A stretch of DNA of 63,990 bases, counting the filler, from an uncultured Methanosarcinales archaeon (GTDB taxonomy: Archaea; Nanobdellota; Nanobdellia; Woesearchaeales; JAGLXL01), in assembly GCA_964472345.1 (NCBI GenBank). It is 11 parts of 11 records of this genome, joined end to end, with 100 filler letters (N's around TTAATTAATTAA, not from the genome) between each part and the next. Parts side by side here need not be neighbours in the genome. Positions count along the whole stretch, not along the records: positions 28,555 to 34,181 come from CAYYLB010000068.1; positions 34,282 to 39,641 come from CAYYLB010000070.1; 9 more parts are not named here. One strand, 5' to 3'. The notes beneath the pieces were generated by a model. It saw only the letters and a list, made by a program, of their open reading frames with translations. It was not told the DNA's origin and made no database searches. The translations under genes were made by a program, and so were the position numbers. Below, piece by piece: positions 28,687 to 37,897 of this stretch (the first letter of the stretch is position 1; each line of letters opens with the position of its first letter).

Positions 28687-29595
28687 ATGGCATATATCGA
28701 TAAGATAAAATCAGGAAAAAAGACATTTTATTATCTTGGAAAGACTATACGCCTAGGGGAAAACAAATGAAAGAAGATAAAAATTAAACTCGGGGAAAAA
28801 GAACCAACACGAAAGGAAGTTGGCAAGAAACTCAAAGAGCTTCAGCTTGAAGAGTATGACATTTACAATCAGGATTATATTGACGCTCATAGATTAGAGA
28901 TTATTGATGATTTTAAAGAGGTTTACAATAATCATCGCAAAACCATACCAAAAACCATTGCCGAGAAAGAAGAAGCTGATTTTGTCATCCGATTTACCTA
29001 TAACTCTAACGCTATTGAGGGAAATAGGCTCACTTTACGCGACACCTATTTAATTATCAAAGAGAAACAGATTCCTTCGGGAGCTCCACCTAAAGACTAC
29101 AATGAAGCAATCAATGGGAGAGAAGCGTTTGAGTTTATTAAAAATCATAAAGGAAAGCTTACTGTTGAGTTTCTTGAAAAAGTAAATGGAATATTAACGC
29201 AAAATACGGGAGTTGTTTATCCTGGAAGAGTTCGCTTTTTCCCGGTTAAAATTGAAGGTGCTGATCACATCCCGCCAGAGCCGGAAAAAGTGCGATCATT
29301 GCTGAAAAAGATGATTCAGTTTTATAATGAGAACAAACGCAAAATTCATCCATTTGTTTTGGCTTGTTTAATCCATGCACAGTTCGTAGAAATTCATCCA
29401 TTTGAAGATGGAAATGGAAGAACCGGCCGAACATTAATGAATTGGATTCTGATGCAAGCCGGATACCCGAAAGTGTTTGTTCCTGTAAAATTGAGACAGA
29501 AATACTACGAAGGGATTGATCTTCATAATGAAAAAGATGTTAAAGGATATTGTGAGAAAATGTTTGAGGTGGTGGTGGAGCAGTTTAAGCTTTAA
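28687..29595 (+). pseudogene. Fic-family protein interrupted by one in-frame TGA (28768-28770)
   Basis: Same frame continues: TYNSNAIEGN and HPFEDGNGRTGR; context GENK*KKIK suggests TGG>TGA. Confidence 0.85.
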
Positions 29596-29638
29596 TGTTG
29601 TCCACTTTTTATTAATCAGTTATGTATTTGTGGACAAT
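29596..29638. repeat. Right site TGTTGTCCAC-N24-GTGGACAAT immediately after the Fic stop codon
   Basis: TTGTCCAC 29598-605, GTGGACAA 29630-37. Confidence 0.85.
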
Positions 29639-29964
29639 TATCTTTGCCTTTGGCGAAAGTATTAACATTTTCCCGCAGAAGTATGCCTGAGCGAAGGCGA
29701 GGGGATATTGTGTATAACCCGCTATAGGTCAACTCTCCCGTTTTCGCGCCTTTAACGGTGTTATGCGCCTGAGCTCTTGATGTGCTCATCATGTTTTCTC
29801 ATGTTTTACTTCATCTTTTGGAGGTGGCTCTTGCACCAGACACACCCGACAGGTGTCCGCGTCTGTTCCATGAAAAAAAGGCACTGCCCCGCTGACGGGC
29901 GGCGCCCACAGACGCACAAAGTTTTATAAAGCAGTTACCGTTGGCGCGCCGTGGAGTGAGTTGG

Positions 29965-31476
29965 ATGGACGAACCGGAGATTGCTGCAGAGAGGGCAGGC
30001 GAGCGGCGGGATGAAGGCGATCCGACGGATACTGAGAGCGCGGATTCCCCCGCAAAGGCCGAAATGACGCATAGCCGCCATAGCCGCGCGAGAAAGGACG
30101 TGAAAGAACGCAGGAAACCTGCGCGTGCCCATCGGGCGCATCGCGAGGAGGCATCCCCTTCCATGCACCAGGCGCCGCATGAGGCGCAGACGTCAGGCAG
30201 CTGGTGGAGTGACACCGGTGTCTGGCGCTTTGCGGCGATTGCAGCGGTGCTTGTGCTGCTCATTTCCATCTTCACCAGCGGCTTCCGTTTTGGAGCTGGC
30301 CTTGGGAATGGAATTCCCGGGCTGCTGAGCGAGAAAGAAGCGGTTGATGGTGTTGCCACATTCATCAACCAGAACCTGCTGCGGCCCGGGAGCACGCTTA
30401 CGGTGAAGGACAGCGAGGATGTCGGAGCCCTCTATCACCTTGATCTTGCGGTTGACGGGCAGCCCGTGGAAGGCTACGTCACCAAGGACGGGAAGTATTT
30501 CATCCCCCAAGCGATCCCGCTCACGGAGCAACTGCCGCGGCAGCGTGAAGAAGCGCCGACGGCGCCGGCGGTGGTCGAGGTCAGCGCAGACGATGATCCG
30601 GTGAAGGGCAGCGCGAGCGCGCCGGTTACGATCATCGAGTTCAGCGATTTCCAGTGCCCCTTCTGCGGGCGCTTCTTCGAGCAGACGCTGCCGCAGATCG
30701 AAGAGAAGTACATCACGACAGGAAAAGTGAAGCTGGTGTACCGTGATTTTCCCCTTGAGAGCATCCATCCCCAGGCGCGGCCGGCAGCGGAGGCTGCGCA
30801 GTGCGCGCATGAGCAGGGGAAGTTCTGGGCGTTCCATGACAAGCTGTTCGTGAACCAGCAGCAGCTGAGCGCGGAGAACTACAAGAAATGGGCTGCGGAG
30901 CTCGGGCTGAACGCGGCAACATTCAATGACTGCGTCGACAAGAAGAAGTATGCCGCGGAAGTGAGCAAGGATCTCGCTGACGGGAGCGCCGCGGGCGTCC
31001 AGGGAACGCCGGCGTTCTTCGTGAATGGCAATGTGCTGGAAGGCGCGCAGCCGTTTGCGGCGTTTGAGGCAGTCATCGAGGAGGAGCTGAAGGCGGCGGC
31101 AGGCGGCGGTGCGGAGGCGCAGGCGGCTGCAACGAGCGATACGCGAGGGGCAGCCCCAGCGCAGGCTGCGCCGCCGGCGGCGACCGGAGCAGCGGCTGCA
31201 GCGGTGCGGGAGATTCCCATGACCGCCAAGAAGTTCCGCTTCGAGCCTGACACGATCACGGTGAAGAAAGGCGAGAGGGTGCGGCTGCTCATCACCAGCA
31301 TGGATGTCGATCACGGGTTTGCGATTCCCGAACTGAACATCAACTCGGAGCTTAAGGCAGGAGCGACGACGACGGTCGAGTTTGTCGCGGCGAAAGCGGG
31401 CAGGTTCCCGTTTGTTTGCTCGGTATTCTGCGGCAGCGGGCACCGAGTGATGAAAGGGACGCTGGTTGTTGAGTAA
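29965..31476 (+). CDS. Membrane-anchored DsbA/thioredoxin protein fused to a CuA-type cupredoxin domain
   Basis: TM; EFSDFQCPFC and GVQGTP; Ala-rich linker; DVDHGF..CSVFCGSGHRVM. Confidence 0.85.
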   Translation: MDEPEIAAERAGERRDEGDPTDTESADSPAKAEMTHSRHSRARKDVKERRKPARAHRAHREEASPSMHQAPHEAQTSGSWWSDTGVWRFAAIAAVLVLLISIFTSGFRFGAGLGNGIPGLLSEKEAVDGVATFINQNLLRPGSTLTVKDSEDVGALYHLDLAVDGQPVEGYVTKDGKYFIPQAIPLTEQLPRQREEAPTAPAVVEVSADDDPVKGSASAPVTIIEFSDFQCPFCGRFFEQTLPQIEEKYITTGKVKLVYRDFPLESIHPQARPAAEAAQCAHEQGKFWAFHDKLFVNQQQLSAENYKKWAAELGLNAATFNDCVDKKKYAAEVSKDLADGSAAGVQGTPAFFVNGNVLEGAQPFAAFEAVIEEELKAAAGGGAEAQAAATSDTRGAAPAQAAPPAATGAAAAAVREIPMTAKKFRFEPDTITVKKGERVRLLITSMDVDHGFAIPELNINSELKAGATTTVEFVAAKAGRFPFVCSVFCGSGHRVMKGTLVVE

Positions 31477-31689
31477 GGTTTATTATCCTGCATGCTTTCT
31501 CCTTTTCAATGCCTTTGTGCCCTTCCTGCAAGAAAGGAACCATGGCGCCCTTTATGGGGCTGCAGTTCGGGACGTTTCTCTGCAAGCGCTGCGGCGTGGT
31601 GAGCGCAATCGTATTAGAGAAAGAGACGCTGAAGAAACACGGACGGGAATCGAAGCGTTTATAAAGCGGTTGCTGTTCAGCGCGCACAC

Positions 31690-31797
31690 GCCCCCGTAGC
31701 TTAGGCGTGCAGAGAGCACGGAGCAACCGGTAGAGCGCGCGGCTGTTACGTTCGCGCTGAAACCGCGAGGTCACCAGTTCGAGTCTGGTCGGGGGCG
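31690..31797 (+). tRNA. tRNA-Asn(GTT) with two introns: 15/16 (31705-31726) and 37/38 (31749-31761)
   Basis: Acceptor GCCCCCG/CGGGGGC-G; stem CGCGG/CCGCG; T arm ACCAG-TTCGAGT-CTGGT; TTTATAAA upstream. Confidence 0.9.
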
Positions 31798-31803
31798 TTT
31801 GAC

Positions 31804-31891
31804 GGCCCTGTAGCTTAGCCTGGCTGGAGCGTACGACTGATATGCTTTGGCAGAGATCGTAAGGTCCCGTGTTCAAATCACGGCGGGGCCA
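31804..31891 (+). tRNA. tRNA-Ile(GAT) with a 37/38 intron (31843-31855)
   Basis: Acceptor GGCCCTG/CGGGGCC-A; stem TACGA/TCGTA; T arm CCGTG-TTCAAAT-CACGG; T-run after. Confidence 0.92.
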
Positions 31892-31985
31892 CTTTTTCTT
31901 TAGATGCCTAAGACCATGCCGCAGCTTGGCACGGCTGAGCCCTTTCTCCGGAAATGTTTAAAAGAGCATTGCCTCCTGCCTGCCT

Positions 31986-32918
31986 ATGGCGGCAGTTCTT
32001 GATGTCAGGCACCTGCAGAAGACATACTGGCGATGGGAGCTGCTCCAGCGGAAGCGCGTTGCGGTCGAAGCGCTGCGGGATGTCTCGCTTTCCATCAGAA
32101 AAAGGGAAATCTTCGGGCTGCTCGGGCCGAATGGAGCCGGCAAGACGACGATGGTGAATGTGGTTGCAGGAATCGTCACCAACGACGCGGGCAGCGTCCG
32201 GCTGTTCGGCGAGGAGCTTACGCAGGCAGTGAAAGGCCGCATGAATGTGGCAACGGCCTACAAAGGGCTGCTCCTGTATCTGACTGTCTTCCAGAACCTG
32301 AAGTTCTACGGCAGGCTCTACGGAGTCCCGCGGGTCGATCAGCGCATCCAGCAGCTCCTGAGGCAGTTCAGGATCGAGCATCTCAAGGACAAGAGGTTCT
32401 ACCTGCTGTCATCAGGCGAGAAAACGCGGGTCAACCTGTGCAAAGGGCTGATCAATGAGCCAGAGTTCCTCATGCTTGACGAGGCGACGGTCGGGCTTGA
32501 TCCCGATATTGCGCAGCACGTGCGCGAAGAAATCCGAAAGCTGGAAACGACGATCCTCTTCACCTCGCACAACATGTACGAAGTCGAGGAGCTCTGCGAC
32601 CGCGTGGCGTTTCTCCACAAGGGAAGGATCCTGCGCACCGGCACGCCTTCAGCTTTGACGCGGCTGATCACGCAGCAGCTCGTGACCATCGATTTCTCTC
32701 CGGGCACGAAGTCCATTGCTGCCGCCCTGAAACGCCTCGGCGTCGAGATCGTTTCGCATGACGGGCTGCGCGCGGTGCTGCGCGTGCCGCACGCGGAGCG
32801 CAAGCTGCATGATATCCTGCATCCGCTGTTCGCGCAGGGCTTCCTGATCAAGGACCTGGCGATCCAAAAGCCTTCACTGGAGGATGTGTTCCTCTCCATT
32901 GCGCGGGGTGCGAGATGA
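31986..32918 (+). CDS. ABC transporter ATP-binding protein
   Basis: GPNGAGKTT, LSSGE, MLDEAT, TSH. Confidence 0.92.
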   Translation: MAAVLDVRHLQKTYWRWELLQRKRVAVEALRDVSLSIRKREIFGLLGPNGAGKTTMVNVVAGIVTNDAGSVRLFGEELTQAVKGRMNVATAYKGLLLYLTVFQNLKFYGRLYGVPRVDQRIQQLLRQFRIEHLKDKRFYLLSSGEKTRVNLCKGLINEPEFLMLDEATVGLDPDIAQHVREEIRKLETTILFTSHNMYEVEELCDRVAFLHKGRILRTGTPSALTRLITQQLVTIDFSPGTKSIAAALKRLGVEIVSHDGLRAVLRVPHAERKLHDILHPLFAQGFLIKDLAIQKPSLEDVFLSIARGAR

Positions 32919-33697
32919 AGCTCCACCGCATTGCTGCACTGCTGCTGCGCCACTGGTATGTCACCATCAGCAGCGTTGACCGGCTGTTTGACATCGTCTT
33001 CTGGCCCGTCCTCAACCTCGTCGTGTGGGGGTTTGCCTCCGTCTTCGTCGCGGAGCTGACGGCGGAGCAGACGGTGCTCGCGATCTTCATCGGCGGAATG
33101 ATGCTGTGGTCGCTGTTCGACCGCGCGCAGAAGGACGTTTCGCTCTATCTGCTGCAGGATTTCTGGGACCAGAATGTGTACAACCTTTATGTGACGCCCG
33201 TGACGGAGGCGGAGCTGTTCGTTTCCGTTGCAGCGTTTGGATTGCTGCGGTCGCTGCTTTCATTTTCACTGCTTGTCGTGCTGGCGCTGGCCGGCTATGG
33301 CTTCAATATCCTTGACATCGGCGTTGTGCTGCTGATCCCATTCTTTATCCCGCTGCTGCTGTTCGGCTGGGCGATTGGCCTGCTGATCACCGGCATCATC
33401 TTCCAGCTCGGCTCGCGGGTGTCAATCATCAACTGGAGCCTGCCGTTCCTCCTGCAGCCGGTCGCAGCGGTGTTTTATCCTGTTGCCATATTACCGGCGT
33501 GGCTGCAGGCGGTTGCGTACGCGCTGCCGCTGGCGCACGCATTTGAAGGGTTCCGAGCCGCATTGCAGGGAACTTTTGCTGTGCGGGACTTTGCTGTTGC
33601 CGTGGCGCTGTCGCTGGGGTATTTTGCCGTTTGCTATGTGCTGTTCCTCTGGTTCGTGCGCCGCAGCAGGAAGACGGGGTTCCTGTCAAAGCAGTGA
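32915..33697 (+). CDS. ABC-2 type permease
   Basis: About 6 TM segments; AVFYPVAILPAWLQ; coupled to the ATPase gene. Confidence 0.88.
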   Translation: MKLHRIAALLLRHWYVTISSVDRLFDIVFWPVLNLVVWGFASVFVAELTAEQTVLAIFIGGMMLWSLFDRAQKDVSLYLLQDFWDQNVYNLYVTPVTEAELFVSVAAFGLLRSLLSFSLLVVLALAGYGFNILDIGVVLLIPFFIPLLLFGWAIGLLITGIIFQLGSRVSIINWSLPFLLQPVAAVFYPVAILPAWLQAVAYALPLAHAFEGFRAALQGTFAVRDFAVAVALSLGYFAVCYVLFLWFVRRSRKTGFLSKQ

Positions 33698-33751
33698 GGT
33701 TTCTGGAGAGCGGCCTGAACAAACAAAAAACGGAGAAAACAAAAAAAGTTA

Positions 33752-34181
33752 TCAGATAATAATCGCCGCTGTCTTCTCGTCCTTCTCCTCATCAAAGTCC
33801 GTCACAAGCGCCTCCGTCGTCAGCATCATGGCAGCGATGGACGAGGCATTCTGCAGCGCAGTGCGCACGACCTTCGCAGGATCGATGACGCCCGCCGTGA
33901 CGAGGTTCTCAAAGACATCTTTCTTCGCGTTGTAGCCGACGTCCTGGTCTTTTTCAGCCTGCAGGCGCGCAATCACTTCCGCGCCTTCCCTGCCGGCGTT
34001 CTTGGCGATCTGGCGCACCGGCTCCTCAAGGGCGCGGCGGACGATGCCGACGCCGACGGCCTGATCGTTCTCGACCTTTAGGTCACGCAGCAACGCTATA
34101 GCGCGATAGAGCGCCACCCCTCCGCCTGCGACGACGCCTTCCTCGACGGCCGCTTTCGTCGCGTTCAATGCGTCGTCAATG
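33752..34181 (-). CDS. groEL: Group I chaperonin GroEL, C-terminal part (5' cut by contig end)
   Basis: [41 protein letters not shown]. Confidence 0.92.
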
Positions 34182-34381
34182 NNNNNNNNNNNNNNNNNNN
34201 NNNNNNNNNNNNNNNNNNNNNNNNNTTAATTAATTAANNNNNNNNNNNNNNNNNNNNNNNNNNNNNNNNNNNNNNNNNNNNGAAGCAGTCAGTATCTCCG
34301 CATCGCTCCCGCGCATGGCGCATATCAACCAGGCAGCTGGTACTTCCCCGTATCGTGTGGTACGTTTCTGTAGCGGTGTTT

Positions 34382-34693
34382 TCAGTCCAGTTCCAGAACA
34401 ATGTGCTTCCTGTCCGGCACTGACACGGAAATCGCCGCGCCCTTCTGCAGCTTGAGGCTCTCGACCACGTGCCTGTTCAGGTAGATGCCCAGCCGGTCCT
34501 TGGAGAGCTTCACGACCTTCTGCCGCATTTTGAGAGGGGCTTCTCTCAGCTCCGTGATGACATTCTGCGCGGATCGCGGCTCGAAGGCGAAATAGTCGCA
34601 CTGGCCGCACTGGTAGCTGACGACCCTGTTTTCCGCTCCTTCGACATTTACTTCCACCTGCTTGAGTTCCTCATTACATCTGGGACAGTTCAT
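34382..34693 (-). CDS. Zn-ribbon + AbrB-like protein, probable antitoxin
   Basis: CPRC..CGQC; KVVKLSKDRLGIYL..LKLQKG AbrB-like C-terminus. Confidence 0.7.
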   Translation of the reverse strand: MNCPRCNEELKQVEVNVEGAENRVVSYQCGQCDYFAFEPRSAQNVITELREAPLKMRQKVVKLSKDRLGIYLNRHVVESLKLQKGAAISVSVPDRKHIVLELD

Positions 34694-34706
34694 GGTGCAC
34701 AACCTC

Positions 34707-35010
34707 TCAGTTCTTCTTCGCGTTATTAAAAATCCCAGCCACAGCAAAAGAATCTGCTGATTCTGAGCATGTCTGTTTCTCTTGAAACAGCCATACAAGC
34801 TGTGGGGATTTTTAAGCCTCAAACTGAGTAACTATAAATCGCAGCAAGCTGCGGAGTATGTACTCAGTTTGAGCAATCACCGACAAGACTGCATCCTTCA
34901 CCTCAAAAAGGATATAGTAGCCGTCTTTTTCTATCTCAAACTTATCTCCTTTTTTCCTTGGGTTCTTCGTGGTAGTGGTTCGTTGCCTTTATCTCTTTAA
35001 AATAAACCAC
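34707..35010 (-). pseudogene. Small putative toxin gene, frameshifted and split by a palindromic insertion
   Basis: AGGTGA RBS + MVYFKEIKATNHYHEE / KNPRKKGDKFEIEKDGYYILFEVKDAVLSVI [insert] NAKKN*. Confidence 0.55.
34726..34873. mobile_element. Two abutting palindromic miniature elements
   Basis: IR TTAAAAATCCC/GGGATTTTTAA (34726-36, 34805-15) and IR CTCAAACTGAGTA/TACTCAGTTTGAG (34818-30, 34861-73). Confidence 0.6.
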
Positions 35011-35080
35011 GAAAGTCACCTAGACTATAAAAGTGTAGTATAAAGTACTATATAAATACTTCGCTCCCCTAAACCAGCCA

Positions 35081-35812
35081 TCACCGTTTCGCATGCCTCC
35101 ACACCTCCTCAAAGAACGCCCGGTACGCGCTCGCGACAGCGGGTGAGCGGACGAGCACCGCGGAGAACTCCCCCTCGTCCCAGACAATTGTGGCGACCAT
35201 GTCGCGGAAGACCGAGACGCCGTTGAGGATGGGATGCTTCACGTAGCGCATAGCCAGCAGCTTCTCCGCGACGCGGTGCGCAAAAATGCCCCGCTGGCGC
35301 TCATGGGCGATGCCGCGCACGCGCAGCTTTCTCTCCGCGCGCTTCATGTCGTACCTCTCGAAGAAGCGCTGGATCTCCGCGTCGTAGCGCTCCATGGCAA
35401 CGGAAAAAAAGAGGTAATCTTCCCCGGCTTTGGCGTCCTTGATCCAGTCAAGGAGCATGCCGAGCACTGCCCTGCTCCCTTCGTAGACCTCGGCTTCAAA
35501 CGGCTTGCCTGCCTTCTGCCGCCGCAGCATGAGCCCGGGCAGGAGCTCCCTGAAGCGGCGCTTCCGCTCCTCAAGCAGCTCAAGGATGACCGCGGGGCTC
35601 GCTGCCTCATAATGCTTGGTCTTGCCGCGCACGATCCAGTGGACAAGCCCTTTCTCCTTCAGTCCCTGCAGGCTGTTGTACACAACCGAGCTTTGCAGGC
35701 CTGATTTCCTGATCAACGGCCCTGTTTTTGTCTGGCCGAGCTCGAGCAGCGCGAGGTAGGTCGCAGCTTCCGCCTTGGTGAGGCCAAGGGTTTCGAGAAT
35801 CGCAAAGTCCAT
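35081..35812 (-). CDS. TrmB-family transcriptional regulator
   Basis: LGLTKAEAATYLALLELG..VYNSLQGLKEKGLV; EVYEG; FFEEVWRHAK. Confidence 0.88.
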   Translation of the reverse strand: MDFAILETLGLTKAEAATYLALLELGQTKTGPLIRKSGLQSSVVYNSLQGLKEKGLVHWIVRGKTKHYEAASPAVILELLEERKRRFRELLPGLMLRRQKAGKPFEAEVYEGSRAVLGMLLDWIKDAKAGEDYLFFSVAMERYDAEIQRFFERYDMKRAERKLRVRGIAHERQRGIFAHRVAEKLLAMRYVKHPILNGVSVFRDMVATIVWDEGEFSAVLVRSPAVASAYRAFFEEVWRHAKR

Positions 35813-35940
35813 ACACCTCTTGGTGAGCTTCGCCTATTTAAATATTTCCATTAACTCACCTTTTATGGAGAGTAAGTTATTTTATACCCCATACTGTTAC
35901 TATCTTTTAGTGGTTTTAATGCCACATCAACAGTAATCCC

Positions 35941-36624
35941 ATGGCAAACAAACTCATCCGAACGGCGCTTGCGGCGCTCCTCGCACTCTCAGGCTGCGCC
36001 GCGCCCAAAGCCTCCGGGAAGCTTGCAGCATACTACGACACGCGCGGGATGCCGACAGCAACGATCACTGCCAATGCGTCGGGGCTGCCTGTCGATGCGC
36101 GATTCTTCGGCTTTTTGGACGTTGAAGGTGATGACGGCAGCGGGAAGGGCGGCGGCGATGAAAACGCCGGCCTCGCAAAAGCCTATGGTGAATTCCGGAT
36201 CTCGAGGAATGTCGCATACGGCATCGGCCCCGCAATCGAGCACGACCGTGAATTCCTGAAGCAGGAAGGCGTCACGCGCCCCGGCATTCTCTGCGAGCCG
36301 CCGCTGACGGGCATGGTGGAGAGCGCGTTTTTCGGCATCAAATTCTACCCGGCATCGTTTCCGGATCACGGAGCGCGGATCGGCATCTACGGCGGCAAGC
36401 AATGGAACAGGGGCGACATCACGCTGGACTTTTGGGCTGATTACAACTTCGAATGGGGCGCTACCGAGAGAGGAGGAACAATCACTGACGGGACATTCCT
36501 CAGCGACGTCCAGCTCGGCAAGCGGCTCTTCGATTCTGTCTATTTCGTTGTTGAAGGGCGCTACAACGGCTTCAACGATGAGGAGCCGTTCAGCGCGGGG
36601 ATCGGGCTGGAAGGGAGATTTTAG
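35941..36624 (+). CDS. Lipoprotein-signal protein with outer-membrane beta-barrel-like sequence
   Basis: LALSGC lipobox; repeated amphipathic aromatic strands; ends AGIGLEGRF. Confidence 0.6.
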   Translation: MANKLIRTALAALLALSGCAAPKASGKLAAYYDTRGMPTATITANASGLPVDARFFGFLDVEGDDGSGKGGGDENAGLAKAYGEFRISRNVAYGIGPAIEHDREFLKQEGVTRPGILCEPPLTGMVESAFFGIKFYPASFPDHGARIGIYGGKQWNRGDITLDFWADYNFEWGATERGGTITDGTFLSDVQLGKRLFDSVYFVVEGRYNGFNDEEPFSAGIGLEGRF

Positions 36625-36645
36625 CGCAAGACAGGTGCGGAAGGC

Positions 36646-37389
36646 ATGACCATCGACTACGACAGCCAGGCAGCCAAATGGTGCCGGGATGAGCCAAAGC
36701 ACCACAGCGATTTCTGCGGCAGGCCAGAGGTTTTGGAGCTGTGCGGGAGTCTTTGCGGGGGAAAGGCTGTTCTGGATGTGGGCTGCGGTGAAGGGTATTT
36801 TGCCCGGCAGCTTGCTTCCATCGCTGGTCACGTGGTTGGGGTCGATCGATCAAAAATGATGGTGGAGCATGCAGTCGGAATGGAACGGCAGAGAAAAATG
36901 GGGATTACATACATTGTTGGTGATGCAAAAAGGATGCCATTGCGCGATGGGACCTTCGACGTGTGCGTCGGCAACTACGTGACGAATTACGTTCCGCCAG
37001 CCGAGCTGCCCGCATTTTACCAGGAACTCGCAAGGGTAACGAACAAAAGAGGCAGGCTCGTCGTGCTCATGCCGCACCCCCTTCTCGAATTGAGCACTGA
37101 TTATGGTGATGCCATCCGGTACGTGGCTGATGAGATTGACGGATATGATTACGTCAAGAGCAGGGGAAAGTTTTTCAGGGTAACGCTCGGTACGGTCGGG
37201 GGAGATACGCTCGAAGCCGGCTACTACCACTCAACATTGGAGGACCATATCGGGGCATTATCTTCAGCAGGATGGAAACTCACTGATCTGAGAGAACCGG
37301 TTTTTCCGGAAGAGATAGCAGCAACCCATGCCGTTTTTGAAAGGATGGCTGGCAAGGTCTGCTGCATGATCCTCGTCGGAGAAAAGTGA
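36646..37389 (+). CDS. Class I SAM-dependent methyltransferase
   Basis: VLDVGCGEG, VGVDRS, GDA..TFDV. Confidence 0.9.
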   Translation: MTIDYDSQAAKWCRDEPKHHSDFCGRPEVLELCGSLCGGKAVLDVGCGEGYFARQLASIAGHVVGVDRSKMMVEHAVGMERQRKMGITYIVGDAKRMPLRDGTFDVCVGNYVTNYVPPAELPAFYQELARVTNKRGRLVVLMPHPLLELSTDYGDAIRYVADEIDGYDYVKSRGKFFRVTLGTVGGDTLEAGYYHSTLEDHIGALSSAGWKLTDLREPVFPEEIAATHAVFERMAGKVCCMILVGEK

Positions 37390-37400
37390 AGGGAATGCCC

Positions 37401-37790
37401 TTACCGTATCTCCCTCAGCCACATCAACCCTATCCGTATCATCAGCCTGTTGAACTTCTCGCTGATGCGGTACGTCTTCTTGTACAGGTCGTAATCGACC
37501 AGGCCCATGCTCTTCATCGGCGTCAGGATGCGGTCGTAGAACTGCCGCTTGTTGTAGGATATCATCGGCGCCTTCTTGATCTGCGGGCCTTTGACAGGCT
37601 GCGTGGTGTCCACCAGCCGGCCCTCGTGGAGCTGCGTCGCGAAGAGCGACATCTCCGTCTTGCCGATCTCGCTGTTGTTCTGCTTGATGTAGTTGATCAG
37701 CAGCTTGGCGACAACTTCCTGCTGCTCGGTGGCAAAAATCACCTTGAAGATGTCATCTGGCAGATTAAACTGGTCGAACAGGATAACCAT
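37401..37790 (-). CDS. Conserved hypothetical wHTH-like protein
   Basis: FYDRILTPMKSMGLVDYD..Y; GGGGGTG RBS and TATA upstream. Confidence 0.75.
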   Translation of the reverse strand: MVILFDQFNLPDDIFKVIFATEQQEVVAKLLINYIKQNNSEIGKTEMSLFATQLHEGRLVDTTQPVKGPQIKKAPMISYNKRQFYDRILTPMKSMGLVDYDLYKKTYRISEKFNRLMIRIGLMWLREIR

Positions 37791-37897
37791 TGGTGATACA
37801 CCCCCGAATTCACCAATGGCTACGAATGCGATAGCGGTTTATAAATGTTACGGATGTGTATAGTGATGCACGGCAGCGGGAAGGCCTCGCGCCAGGC

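Noticed and set aside
28768..28770. In-frame TGA as evidence for UGA recoding or selenocysteine
   Set aside because: TGA ends many core genes here, the same gene uses TGG, and the other interrupted gene has TAA
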